NCBI GenBank assembly: GCA_027492035.1
Contig: JAOZFT010000007.1
Location: 27,195-91,194 of the forward strand
Source: Thermoproteota archaeon
GTDB taxonomy: Archaea > Korarchaeota > JAOZGF01 > JAOZFZ01
DNA: 64,000 nt
Reading direction: 5' to 3'
Below, piece by piece: positions 46,304 to 56,100 of this stretch. The position numbers and the translations under genes were made by a program. Every line of letters begins with the position of its first letter. The stretch's first letter is position 1. Under the pieces are notes generated by a model that was not told where the DNA came from, made no database searches, and saw only the letters and a list, made by a program, of their open reading frames with translations.

Positions 46304-47005
46304 TTACTTCTCTTTAAAAAAGGGAAGGATTTCTAACTGAGTCATGTCTTTAAGTATTAAAGTACAACCAGACTTTTTCAGTTCCTTCCTTGTCGCGTAA
46401 CCTGTAGAAACAGCTATAAAAGGTATTCCAGCACTCTCCGCACATTTTAAATCTAAAGGATGGTCCCCAATAAAAACTGCCTTTTTAACCCCTAATTTTT
46501 TAAGTATAGTTAAAATTGGTTCTTTACTTGGTTTAGGAGTTTCTACATCGTTCCTAGCCACTATTTCGTCCACATAATCTATCAAACCTGTCTTTTCTAA
46601 GGCTTTAACAGCATATTCCCGACATGCTCTTGTAACAACTCCAATTTTAAATCCTTCCTTTTTTAAATGGGCTAAGACCTCTTTTACCCCCTCAATTGAT
46701 TTAACAGAAGTTAAACCTTCCATTTCGTATCTGTTCATTAAAGAGTTAATTTCTTCTTTAATATGCTGGGTTTCTATTTCCCGTTTCTGTTTTAAGTAAT
46801 TCATGCCTTTAGTTATAATTTCGTAAGTAACTTCTTCCAAAGTGAAAAAATTCATAGGTACTCCTTTTCTTACAAAGTAGTTCACTAAAGCCTTCTTCAT
46901 CGACCTAAAATCTATTTTTGAATGGATTAATGTTCCATCTAAATCGAAAAGAAAAGCTTCTAATTTAACTTTTGAACCTCTCAATTCGCTCAAACCCTTC
47001 TTCAA
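46304..47005 (-). CDS. HAD-superfamily phosphatase (phosphoglycolate phosphatase-like subfamily)
   Basis: 233 aa. Motif I FLFDLDGTL, motif II GVVTRA, motif III-IV K...FIGDHPLDLKCA. Confidence 0.8.
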   Translation of the reverse strand: MKKGLSELRGSKVKLEAFLFDLDGTLIHSKIDFRSMKKALVNYFVRKGVPMNFFTLEEVTYEIITKGMNYLKQKREIETQHIKEEINSLMNRYEMEGLTSVKSIEGVKEVLAHLKKEGFKIGVVTRACREYAVKALEKTGLIDYVDEIVARNDVETPKPSKEPILTILKKLGVKKAVFIGDHPLDLKCAESAGIPFIAVSTGYATRKELKKSGCTLILKDMTQLEILPFFKEK

Positions 47006-47109
47006 GCAAAAACGTTAATCAATACTTTTCAGAGTTGAAAATCTTAATTTTGTGGAGAAATCAAATTTTCCAAAAAAAGGAAGGGCTTGGGAAAGAATCC
47101 ATGAATAAT

Positions 47110-48039
47110 TCATTTCTTGAAGAAGGCAAAAGTTAATTTTCCTTTCTTATACAACTCTACGTAGCCCTTCAACAGTTCCTCTTCTGAAACTTTGTTTTTA
47201 AAGTATCCACTTGTGGCTTCATAAATTTCTTTTAAATTTCTTTCGCCTGTAACTAACGCTAAGGTACCGTAAATCAAGGTTTCTTTATTGTTTAGGCTGT
47301 AGCTTTCCCTTTTTTCAAAAACAAAATTGGGAAGCAATTTAGGCACAACATCTTCTAACTTAAAAATACGCGGTATAAATGACGAAAGTGCAATGAATTT
47401 TATATTTTCTATTATATTAATAACTAAAGGGAGATATTCAGGCTTCAATGAGGCTTTCTTTAAACTTTCACTTGCTGATAGACTCGCAATCATAGCTGAA
47501 CCATAAAAAATGTTTATCTTTACAAGAAGTTCCTTAACTTTATTCTTGATTATTACTGAAGTAAGTTCAGGTGGTTCATCCCATATTTCGTCAAGGAACT
47601 CCTTCTCAAAAAGTGAACTTACAGGTTCAGAATTCACCCATTTTTTCTCATCCAGCAAAAAAACACAAGTTTCCTTATTTAATTTATCCTTGACCATAGA
47701 AAATACTTCAGGGCTAAGTATAAGTACCCATCCTCTTTCAACAGGCAATATTTCCATTATATCTTGTTGATCCAAATCAGTTCCCAAATAAAGGTTTAAA
47801 TTGGCGTTTTCACTCCTTTCTTCATTCTCAATGTTTTCTTTAAAATACTTCATCACCGGGCCTGAGAAATATTGAATATTTTCTACAAACGAGAACTCAG
47901 AAAGGGACTGAAGAATTTCTTTAGGTGCCTCAAATAAACCAACTATTATTAAGGGTTTCCTGGTTAATATACAATTAATAAATTTTTCAAGGTTCCCTCT
48001 TCCAAAAACCTTTTTTAATTCAGCAAAACCCAAAAGCAT
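47110..48039 (-). CDS. Hypothetical 309-aa protein with a C-terminal winged-helix-like module
   Basis: No family recognised. The C-terminus LALVTGERNLKEIYEATSGYFKNKVSEEELLKGYVELYKKGKLTF parallels the C-termini of the 45376 and 48075 proteins. Confidence 0.5.
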   Translation of the reverse strand: MLLGFAELKKVFGRGNLEKFINCILTRKPLIIVGLFEAPKEILQSLSEFSFVENIQYFSGPVMKYFKENIENEERSENANLNLYLGTDLDQQDIMEILPVERGWVLILSPEVFSMVKDKLNKETCVFLLDEKKWVNSEPVSSLFEKEFLDEIWDEPPELTSVIIKNKVKELLVKINIFYGSAMIASLSASESLKKASLKPEYLPLVINIIENIKFIALSSFIPRIFKLEDVVPKLLPNFVFEKRESYSLNNKETLIYGTLALVTGERNLKEIYEATSGYFKNKVSEEELLKGYVELYKKGKLTFAFFKK

Positions 48040-48074
48040 CCCCTCAATAATCCCCCTAACTTTTCTAAACCTCT

Positions 48075-48533
48075 TTAAATTCTTGGTTTCAAAATTTTAT
48101 TTTTGAAACAGTAGGCTACTATTTTTGAGGCAGCGTCTTTACTTAAAAGATTCTCTTCCGCTATTTCTTTCAAAGTTTTTGAATTATCTACACTCGAAAG
48201 AAAGTCTATAGCTTCTACACCAAACGATTTAACTAATTCATCCTTAAATCCACCAAAAAATGATTTTTCAAAATTTTCTGCCTTCTCAAGCACTACAGAT
48301 TCACCTATTAAGAAAAGAACCCCTTTCTCCATTAATTTCTTAACAGCCTTCATGAATGCTTCAAAAGGAAAAGCATGTTTAAAAACGGGAGACAAGTTTT
48401 CATATAAAGCTGAAACGGTATTTAACCCATTAGAAGTCACTACTAAAACAAGTTCTTCTAAAGAAGAAACCTTCAAGGAAGCTAATAAATCAAAGTTTCC
48501 AATGACGACAGGTGCAGCCTCTTCTAAACTCAC
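48075..48533 (-). CDS. Hypothetical 152-aa protein with a C-terminal winged-helix-like module
   Basis: No family recognised. C-terminus LSSVDNSKTLKEIAEENLLSKDAASKIVAYCFKNKIL. First gene of the minus-strand string. Confidence 0.5.
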   Translation of the reverse strand: MSLEEAAPVVIGNFDLLASLKVSSLEELVLVVTSNGLNTVSALYENLSPVFKHAFPFEAFMKAVKKLMEKGVLFLIGESVVLEKAENFEKSFFGGFKDELVKSFGVEAIDFLSSVDNSKTLKEIAEENLLSKDAASKIVAYCFKNKILKPRI

Positions 48534-48746
48534 CCTTAAATCACCCTTTTTCCACTTTCTCTACTTGAAACCCTTTATAATGAATTTAAATGAAATGTTA
48601 GAAATAAAAATTTTTTAACTTTAAATTCCAAAACTGTTTTCAGTATTTTCTTACCTGAAAGAAAATTATTTAAATATAATTCCTTGTGAAAGTAATTTTT
48701 TGAAAAAGTTTTTCACGTTATAAGTTTAGGAAAAGGAGTTCTTACC

Positions 48747-50522
48747 ATGAACTCTGTAACAGGTTCAACAAAAATTTTTTCTGAATTAAGAAGTATATTT
48801 GAAAATTTTCCGCAACCAGTCTTGGCTTTAAATGATAAATTTGAACTAACTTATTTCAATGAAGCTTTTGAAAAGTTAACAGGGTACATTAAGTCTGAAC
48901 TGTTAAGTAAAAAAATTTTCAGTCTTTTCCCAGAGTCTTATATTTCAGAAAAGAACCATTCATACTTTGCGTTGAAAAATGAAGAAAAAATACTCACGTT
49001 AAAGAAACAGGATGGAAATCTCATAACCGTAAAGACGCAAATGTTTAATTTAAACGCTTTTCCAAGTCTTAAGTTCATTATTTTGAAAGAAACCAACACT
49101 TCAGAGTTTACATATAAAGAATTGCTTGAAAATTCGTTAGTTGGGATATATTTGGTTCAGGACGGGGTTTTCAAGCTTGTAAACAAGAAATTTTTAGAGA
49201 TAGGGGGATATAGGGAAGAGGAAGTTATAAATAAGCCCTTTTGGTTGTTTATTCATCCACAGGACAGGGAAATCGTTAAAAAGAGGGGATTACAAAGGGA
49301 GAAAGGAGATAATGTGCCTTCCCAGTATCAGTTTAAGGCTTTAAGAAAAAACGGCGAATCAATAGACGTGGAAATAAGGGCCGTTAGAGTAAAATATAAC
49401 GGAAAACCAGCCATACTTGGAAATGTACGAGACATAACTAACCTTAAAAGAAAGGAGGAGGAGTTAAGGAAACTAAAGGAATTTAATGAAATGATTATCA
49501 GAAATATGCAGGAAGGAGTAATTCTTCGAGACCTACATGACAAAATTGTTTTCGTAAACCCAAAAATAGCCGAAATAACCGGTTTTAAAGAAGAAGAACT
49601 TGTAGGTTCTGAATGGAATAAATTGTTTACATTCAGTGAATATGAAGAAGAGGGAAGCAGAAGAGACAAGGAAAGAACAAGCCGGCGTTACGAAGCGTAT
49701 TTAAAAACAAAAAAGGGGGAAATGATTCCAGTGATGATTAACTCAAACTCTCTTACAAAAGAGGGTGGGTTTCAAGGCTTCCTTTCAGTAATTGTTGATA
49801 CAAGAGAAATTAAGGAAATGGAGAAGGAACTGAAAGAAGTAATTAGAGACCTGAAAAATTTCGACTTTATAATTTCCCAAGACCTAAAAGGCCCTATAAG
49901 GGCAATCAGGAACTATGCCCTTTTCTTGAAAAAGGAAATAAAGAAACTGAAAGAAATTCCACCGGAAGTTTCATTATATACTGAAAGAATAATTAAAAAC
50001 ACCAAAATCCTTAATAAAATGATTGAAGACTTGCTTTACTACTCTATTTTAAGTAAGTCACAAATGAGATTTAAGGAAGTGAATCTGGATCAAGTAATTA
50101 AGGATATACTTTTTAACCTGAAAGAAACAATAAGGGAAAATAATGCTCAAGTGATTATTAATAATCCACTGCCTAAGGTTAAGGGAGCTAAATCACAACT
50201 TTATAAGCTTTTTGAAATATTAATTTTGGATGGTATAACCTTTAATTACAGCTCAAACCCCCTTGTTAAAATAAGTTATGTAAGAGACAATGAAGGGTTT
50301 ATCTTCAAAATTGAAGACAACGGAACATTTTTAACGGAGTACCAATTAAGAAACCTTTTTAAGTCAGCAAGAGGGCTTCGTTTAGCTAAGGAGGAACACT
50401 TAAGTTTAAGCACTAATTTAGCAATTTGTAAGAGAATAGTTGAGAGACACGAGGGGAAATTATGGGTTGAAACGAGGAGAAACAAAGGGACAACTGTTTA
50501 TTTAACCTTCCCTCACCCTTAA
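48747..50522 (+). CDS. Multi-PAS sensor protein with degenerate histidine-kinase (HisKA/HATPase) modules; likely a pseudokinase
   Basis: 591 aa. Three PAS-like segments, e.g. FYREEEVINKPFWLFIHPQD...RKNGESIDVE. The H-box reads ISQDLKGPIRAI (Gln where His is expected, CAA at 49878-49880). The N-box is ILILDGITF, G1 is EDNGTF, and G2 is degenerate (LSLSTNLAICKRIVERHEGKLWVE). Confidence 0.75.
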   Translation: MNSVTGSTKIFSELRSIFENFPQPVLALNDKFELTYFNEAFEKLTGYIKSELLSKKIFSLFPESYISEKNHSYFALKNEEKILTLKKQDGNLITVKTQMFNLNAFPSLKFIILKETNTSEFTYKELLENSLVGIYLVQDGVFKLVNKKFLEIGGYREEEVINKPFWLFIHPQDREIVKKRGLQREKGDNVPSQYQFKALRKNGESIDVEIRAVRVKYNGKPAILGNVRDITNLKRKEEELRKLKEFNEMIIRNMQEGVILRDLHDKIVFVNPKIAEITGFKEEELVGSEWNKLFTFSEYEEEGSRRDKERTSRRYEAYLKTKKGEMIPVMINSNSLTKEGGFQGFLSVIVDTREIKEMEKELKEVIRDLKNFDFIISQDLKGPIRAIRNYALFLKKEIKKLKEIPPEVSLYTERIIKNTKILNKMIEDLLYYSILSKSQMRFKEVNLDQVIKDILFNLKETIRENNAQVIINNPLPKVKGAKSQLYKLFEILILDGITFNYSSNPLVKISYVRDNEGFIFKIEDNGTFLTEYQLRNLFKSARGLRLAKEEHLSLSTNLAICKRIVERHEGKLWVETRRNKGTTVYLTFPHP

Positions 50523-50531
50523 ATGGAAAAT

Positions 50532-51119
50532 TTAAAGAAGGAAAACCAAAGCAACTAAAGGCAAAGTTACAACAGCCCAGAAGAGCTTATTCCAAGCAAA
50601 AACTTTGCTTCCATCGAGAGGGGGGATAGGGATTAAGTTGAAAAGAGCCAGCCACAGATTCACTTGGTAACCTAAGTTCCAGACAGTGTGAAAGAGAGGG
50701 ATGAAAAGTTTGAAAATAAAGAAGGTTAAAGCCAACACAACATTGCTTAACGGCCCTGCTACACTTATTAATCCGTTATCCCTCCTTGAATCATAGTAAG
50801 ATTCAAAGTAAACAAGGGGAGTGATGTAGACTGCTCCAGGTGCTGCAAAAACAAATATTCCCCGTGTAAGAAGGGAGAAAATCAAAGCTAAAAGCAAACC
50901 CTCAATCCAAAGTCTATATTCAGCCCAGTAACCAAGTTTTTGGGCTATAAATTTATGGGACATTTCATGAACAACAAAACCCAGTCCTAAAGTTAACATT
51001 GCAATAAAAAAAGTTACAGCAAGCAGTTTTGGATGCATTATTGCACCTGTTGAAAAACAAAAACTTAAAACAAGCCAAGAAATAAGAATCTGCATTAATT
51101 CATTCTTGCCAAACTTCAC
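50532..51119 (-). CDS. Site-2 protease family (M50) intramembrane metalloprotease
   Basis: 195 aa. HEMSHKF and NLIPIPPLDGSKV motifs, polytopic. Confidence 0.8.
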   Translation of the reverse strand: MKFGKNELMQILISWLVLSFCFSTGAIMHPKLLAVTFFIAMLTLGLGFVVHEMSHKFIAQKLGYWAEYRLWIEGLLLALIFSLLTRGIFVFAAPGAVYITPLVYFESYYDSRRDNGLISVAGPLSNVVLALTFFIFKLFIPLFHTVWNLGYQVNLWLALFNLIPIPPLDGSKVFAWNKLFWAVVTLPLVALVFLL

Positions 51120-51136
51120 CCTTCACAACCTCCTCT

Positions 51137-52211
51137 TCATACATACTCAAGTATTGTCTTGTATTTTTCTTCTAACAGGTTTGAAACCTTAACTCCCACC
51201 AATCTTACCTTTCTCTTGTCAGTAGAAAAGTTCCTAAATAACTCATTCGCTGTGCTTTTTAAAATGTTTAACTCTTGAACATAACTTTTCAAAGTTTTGC
51301 TTTTTGAATGGGTCTCAAAATCCTCAAACCTCACTTTTACAGTTACTGTTCTGAAAAGAAGTTTTTTCTTCTTAACTTTCTTCAAAACTTCAGAGCAAAG
51401 TTTCATTAGAGTTGATAAAATCTCAAATTTATTTTTCGTATCCCTTTCAAAAGTTTTTTCTTTACTGACAGATTTGGTGATTCCCCTTTCCTCAACTTCA
51501 CTTTCATCTAACCCCCTGGCTAACTTCTGAAGTTCGCCTCCGTAATTTCCTAGTTTCTCAATTAAAAGCCGAGTTTCAGCCTGAGCTAAATCACCTATTG
51601 TCTCTATTCCTAATTTTTTAAGTTTTTCAGCTGTTTTTTCTCCTATTCCCCACAAAAGTTCAACCTTTAAAGGGGATAAGAAATCTTTTACTTTTCCAGG
51701 TTTAATCACCAATAAACCATCAGGTTTACTGAAGTTTGAAGCAATTTTAGCCACTAGTTTATTGGGTGCAACCCCTATTGAGCAAGTGAGGCCCTCTTTC
51801 TCCAAAATTTCCTTTTTAATTTCCAAGGCTAACTTTTCTGCTTCATCAAAGCTCTTCACTTTTCTGGTTACATCCAGAAATGCTTCGTCAATACTTACTT
51901 GTTGAAACTTGACAGCGTACCTCCTTAAAATAGACATTATTCTCTCAGAAACTTTTCTATAAAGTTGTATGTTCACAGGCAAGTAAATTCCTTCTGGACA
52001 TAACTTGTAAGCTTTAGAAATAGGCATACCCGACTTTAAACCATATTTTCGGGCTAAGTAGTTACAGGTGCTGACTACCCCTCTTCCACGTCCCTGCTTA
52101 GGGTCTGCACCAACGATAACAGGTTTATTTTTTATTGAAGGATTAAGTTTCTCCTCTACGGCAGCGAAAAAAATAATCCATGTCAACATGGAAAACAATC
52201 CTTTTCTTCAC
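51137..52211 (-). pseudogene. dinB: Y-family DNA polymerase IV (Dpo4/DinB) with the reading frame split by one extra T in a T7 run
   Basis: ORF 51137..52198 carries AAVEEKLNPSIKNKPVIVG...SIDEAFLDVT and the rest of a Dpo4-like body. The catalytic N-terminus KKRIVFHVDMDYFF is encoded in another frame, at the tail of ORF 52143..52478, with GTG at 52211 preceded by AAGGGGG. The two frames meet at the A7 run 52167-52173 (T7 on the coding strand). Confidence 0.8.
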
Positions 52212-52355
52212 TGTAACCCCCTTAATTTTTCCCTTTTCAAGAAAAATTCTTTTTAATAGTGAGGGTTTAAAATTATAAATGTTTTCCTGAGTACTTACTA
52301 AGTCCCTGTTCCATCTTTTCAAAAAATAAGGTATAGAAAAACATGAGGAGTTTTT

Positions 52356-53702
52356 ATGAGTGAGAAATATATTGTTGTAGGTGGAGGAGCTGCGGGAATG
52401 AGTGCAGCCTCCAGAATCAGGAGAATAAAGAAAGAAGCAGAAATTACTGTTTTTGAAAAAGGGGGTTACGTTAGCCATGCACCTTGTGGAATACCATACT
52501 ATATTGAAGACTTAATTCCTAAATCTGAAGACCTAGTTTTTTACACGCCAGAATTCTTCAGGAAGAAGAGGAGAATAAGTGTTCTCCTTTACACAGAAGT
52601 GAAAAGAGTAGATGTTGAAGAAAAAGAGGTTCAAGTTTCAAACGGCAAATCTACAAAGAAGTATAGCTGGGATAAGTTAATACTTGCTACAGGAGCTTCA
52701 CCCTTTATTCCACCAATTAAAGGAACAGACCTTAAGGGGATTTACACTTTACATTTAATAGAGGATGGGGTGAGGTTTAAAAAAGTTTTGAAGAAAAGTA
52801 AAACAGTGGCAGTGGTTGGTGGAGGTTACATAGGACTTGAAGTAACAGAAGCCATATGTAGGAAAGAAAAAAGGGTTATTCTTTTCGAGATGATGCCGCA
52901 CGTTTTACCTGCAACCTTCGACGATGACACGGCGAAAATTATCCAAGAAGAAGTAAGGAAGAATAAAGTAGAGTTACATTTAAATGAGAAAGTAACTGAA
53001 TTTCAAGGAAAAGAATCCGTTGAGAAAGTATTAACTGAGAAAGGGGAGTATCCTGTAGACGTTGTTCTTTTATCTGCGGGAGTTAAACCTAACATAAAAT
53101 TAGCTAAAGAAGCAGGTTTAGAAATCGGATCAACAGGAGCTGTGAAAGTGAATAAAAAGATGGAAACAAACGTAGCAGGGGTTTATGCAGCTGGAGACAT
53201 TGCTGAAACCACAAATTTAGTTACTGGAAAAAAGACCTGGGTTCCATTAGCTCCTACAGCGAACAAAATGGGGTTTGTAGCTGCTACAAATGCTGCAGGT
53301 GGTTACTTAGAATTTCCGGGTGTAACAGGTACCGCAATAACTAAAGTTTTCAACTTGTTCGCGGGTAGGACAGGATTAACTGAAAAAGAAGCTAAGAAAG
53401 AAGGGTTTAATGTAGCTTCAGTAATGATTGAAGCAAAAACAAAGGCTCATTATTACCCCAACCGGAAACCTATTTATGTTAAACTTGTTGGTGACATGGA
53501 TTCAAAAAGGGTGTTAGGTGCCCAAGTAATTGGTTCAGAAGAAGTGCTTGGAAGAATAAACGTCGTTTCCTTACTTATATCCAATGGAGGAACAGTTAAA
53601 GACTTAATTTTTACTGACCTTGGATACGCACCCCCTACATCTCCTGTATGGGACCCCTTAATTATTGCAGCAAGGGTTCTTAGTAGGAAAATCAGTCTAT
53701 AA
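52356..53702 (+). CDS. CoA-disulfide reductase / NADH oxidase family flavoprotein
   Basis: 448 aa. YIVVGGGAAGMSAA (FAD), single redox Cys in VSHAPCGIPYYI, VAVVGGGYIGLE (NAD(P)H), AAGDIA. Confidence 0.85.
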   Translation: MSEKYIVVGGGAAGMSAASRIRRIKKEAEITVFEKGGYVSHAPCGIPYYIEDLIPKSEDLVFYTPEFFRKKRRISVLLYTEVKRVDVEEKEVQVSNGKSTKKYSWDKLILATGASPFIPPIKGTDLKGIYTLHLIEDGVRFKKVLKKSKTVAVVGGGYIGLEVTEAICRKEKRVILFEMMPHVLPATFDDDTAKIIQEEVRKNKVELHLNEKVTEFQGKESVEKVLTEKGEYPVDVVLLSAGVKPNIKLAKEAGLEIGSTGAVKVNKKMETNVAGVYAAGDIAETTNLVTGKKTWVPLAPTANKMGFVAATNAAGGYLEFPGVTGTAITKVFNLFAGRTGLTEKEAKKEGFNVASVMIEAKTKAHYYPNRKPIYVKLVGDMDSKRVLGAQVIGSEEVLGRINVVSLLISNGGTVKDLIFTDLGYAPPTSPVWDPLIIAARVLSRKISL

Positions 53703-53825
53703 GAATATTTTTCCAAATTTCGGCTTTAGTTAAATTTTTTGACTGTGCCGCTGCCATTTAAACCTTTATATGACATTATTTTGAGCCAAAATTGATACTT
53801 AACCCAGGTGACATATTTTTTAAAT

Positions 53826-55760
53826 TTACATTTTCAATTTTTCCAGTAATTTTATTGTTTCAGGGAATCTTTTTTCTTCTTTATGGGGAATATACAGTGC
53901 TTTTAAGTATTCATTGTTGAAATTTTTATGGGCTCCAAGTTCTAAATACTTCACTTTCTTACTTGCTTCCTCTGCTTTATTTCTCATTTCTTTTGAAATC
54001 AAAGCTAATCTTGCACCTGTTCCAGCAGCGTTACCGATTACTTCGATTTTTTTAAGAGGGAATTCAGGGTACATGCCAATTAGCCTTGCATTTTCTGGGT
54101 CTATGTAATTCCCAAATGCACCTGCAATTAAGACTTTATTTATTTCTTTTTCTTTTATCCCTGTTTCCTGCATTAGAAGATAGGACCCTGTATATATTGC
54201 TGCTTTAGCTTTCTGGATTTCTCTCACATCTTTTTGAGTAAAAACTATATCTTCATTCATGCCTGTGTCCTTTTTCCAAGCAATTACGAATTCATACCCT
54301 TCAGAAGCTTTTCTTAACCTTTCTGTTTCCTTCATCATTTCCTTGTTGAATGTCCCTTTATTATTTATTAAACCTGTTTTGTAAAGATTTGCCACTATGT
54401 CCACCATGGCGGAGCCACATAAACCTATTGGTTCTGTTTCTCCTATTGTTACGTAGTCTACAATGTCTACGTTAAAAGGGTTAATATTTACTCTTTCAAT
54501 CGCTCCTTCAGCTGCTTTCATTCCGTGTTTTATGTGCATACCTTCAAAGGCGGGGCCTGAGGCACAAGAGGCTGCCATCACTTGTTCTTTGTTACCTAAA
54601 TCTATTTCTGTGTTTGTGCCGATATCTATAGCCATGATTTTCTTTTCAGATTCCAGAATATCAGTGGCAATTATTACTGCGACATTGTCAGCTCCCACAA
54701 ACCCTCCAATAACCGGTAGAAAGTAAGTTTTTGACCGGGGATGACCTATAATTCCTAGTTTTTCTGATTCCACCGAGATTCCACGTCTAATGACAGGAGT
54801 GTAAGGTGAAAAAGCTAAATATTGAGGCCATATGCCTAAGAAAAGAAGCTGCATACATGTATTTCCTACTAGCACGTGTTCATATATCTCTTCTTCTTTA
54901 ACCCTTGCTTTTCCGCAACAATCAAGAATTAATTTATTTATTCCCTTTACTATTTCTTTTTGAAGCTCTTCCAAGCCCTTTTCACCGTTTTCGATAACGT
55001 ATGAAATTCTTGAAATAACATCTTCCCCGTAAACTATTTGAGGGTTCATTGTAGCTGAAGAAACTAATGTTTCACCTGTTTTCAGGTTCACTAGGAAACC
55101 AGCTACTTTAGTAGTTCCTACATCAACTGCGAAACCATAAATTTCGTTGGTTGTGTCGCCTTTCTCCACCGAAATTATTTCATTTCCCCGTAAAGTGACA
55201 GTCACTTCCCATTTTCCATCCCTTAAAATTTTAGGTAGGTCTCTTAATAGAGGGAATGAAAAACGAATTCTTTCACGTGCAACTCCTTCTTTGTCAATTA
55301 AAGCGTTAATTATTCTGTCTTCATCTGAGTAAGGGCTGTTTAGAGTTGGTTTAGGCAGTTGAAGAAAATATTTTTTAACTAAGGGGTTTATTTCTACCTT
55401 TTTCTCTACTCCTTTAACTTGGAGAACCTGTTTCCTCAGTAAACTTGTTTGAGGCACTTCAACTTCAACCACTCCTTCTAAACTCTCTAATACTGCCCTA
55501 CAACTCAGTCTGTACCCTTCATTTATTTCTTTGGGAGATAATTGTTTATGTTCAAGTGGAGTCACCTTGTTTAAGTATTCTTTGCCTGAATTAACCTTTA
55601 TTTTACATTTGCCGCAAACCCCCTTTCCTCCACAGATGGATGTTAAATTAACCCCCATATCAAGTAAAACATTTAATAAAGAAACTTTCTTGGTTACTTC
55701 TTTCTCTACAGGTGGAAAAGTTGAGTAGCCACTACTGAATTTAACCCTTAAATTTACCAT
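53826..55760 (-). CDS. RACo-like reductive activator of corrinoid proteins ([2Fe-2S] ferredoxin + ASKHA ATPase, DUF4445)
   Basis: 644 aa. N-terminal plant-type ferredoxin CGGKGVCGKCKIKV...SCRA. ASKHA phosphate motifs FAVDVGTTK and MAIDIGTNTE. The length and domain order match RACo/AcsV-type activators. Confidence 0.75.
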   Translation of the reverse strand: MVNLRVKFSSGYSTFPPVEKEVTKKVSLLNVLLDMGVNLTSICGGKGVCGKCKIKVNSGKEYLNKVTPLEHKQLSPKEINEGYRLSCRAVLESLEGVVEVEVPQTSLLRKQVLQVKGVEKKVEINPLVKKYFLQLPKPTLNSPYSDEDRIINALIDKEGVARERIRFSFPLLRDLPKILRDGKWEVTVTLRGNEIISVEKGDTTNEIYGFAVDVGTTKVAGFLVNLKTGETLVSSATMNPQIVYGEDVISRISYVIENGEKGLEELQKEIVKGINKLILDCCGKARVKEEEIYEHVLVGNTCMQLLFLGIWPQYLAFSPYTPVIRRGISVESEKLGIIGHPRSKTYFLPVIGGFVGADNVAVIIATDILESEKKIMAIDIGTNTEIDLGNKEQVMAASCASGPAFEGMHIKHGMKAAEGAIERVNINPFNVDIVDYVTIGETEPIGLCGSAMVDIVANLYKTGLINNKGTFNKEMMKETERLRKASEGYEFVIAWKKDTGMNEDIVFTQKDVREIQKAKAAIYTGSYLLMQETGIKEKEINKVLIAGAFGNYIDPENARLIGMYPEFPLKKIEVIGNAAGTGARLALISKEMRNKAEEASKKVKYLELGAHKNFNNEYLKALYIPHKEEKRFPETIKLLEKLKM

Positions 55761-56100
55761 TTTCTAAAACACCCCTTTAGATAGAAAAGGTTAATATTTA
55801 TGAACTCGAATCTTTTGTTTACTTTTAAAACCCGAAAAACGGAAGTACAAAAAGGGTAAATTTTGATTTTAAATCTTGTGGAAACATAAAAACGGAGAGA
55901 CAGTCACGAATTTTCTTTTTTTTAAGGGGATTACAAATCAGTTCGGAAAAGAACTCAGAAATTAGTCACCGAATTGTTTTCTAAGGTTAATTTTCATGTT
56001 TTTCTCTAGTTTAAACAAAGCCTACTTTTTTAAGAAAAATTTATAAAGAACAGATTTTTTAAAGGAAAAAAATTAAAGAAAAATGAAGAGGTTTTAGACA

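Noticed and set aside
52143-52478. 111-aa ORF on the minus strand upstream of dinB
   Set aside because: Only its last ~20 codons (KKRIVFHVDMDYFF) are meaningful. They are the true N-terminus of the frameshifted Dpo4/DinB gene. The rest overlaps the 5' end and promoter region of the CoADR-like gene antisense and has no coding signature.
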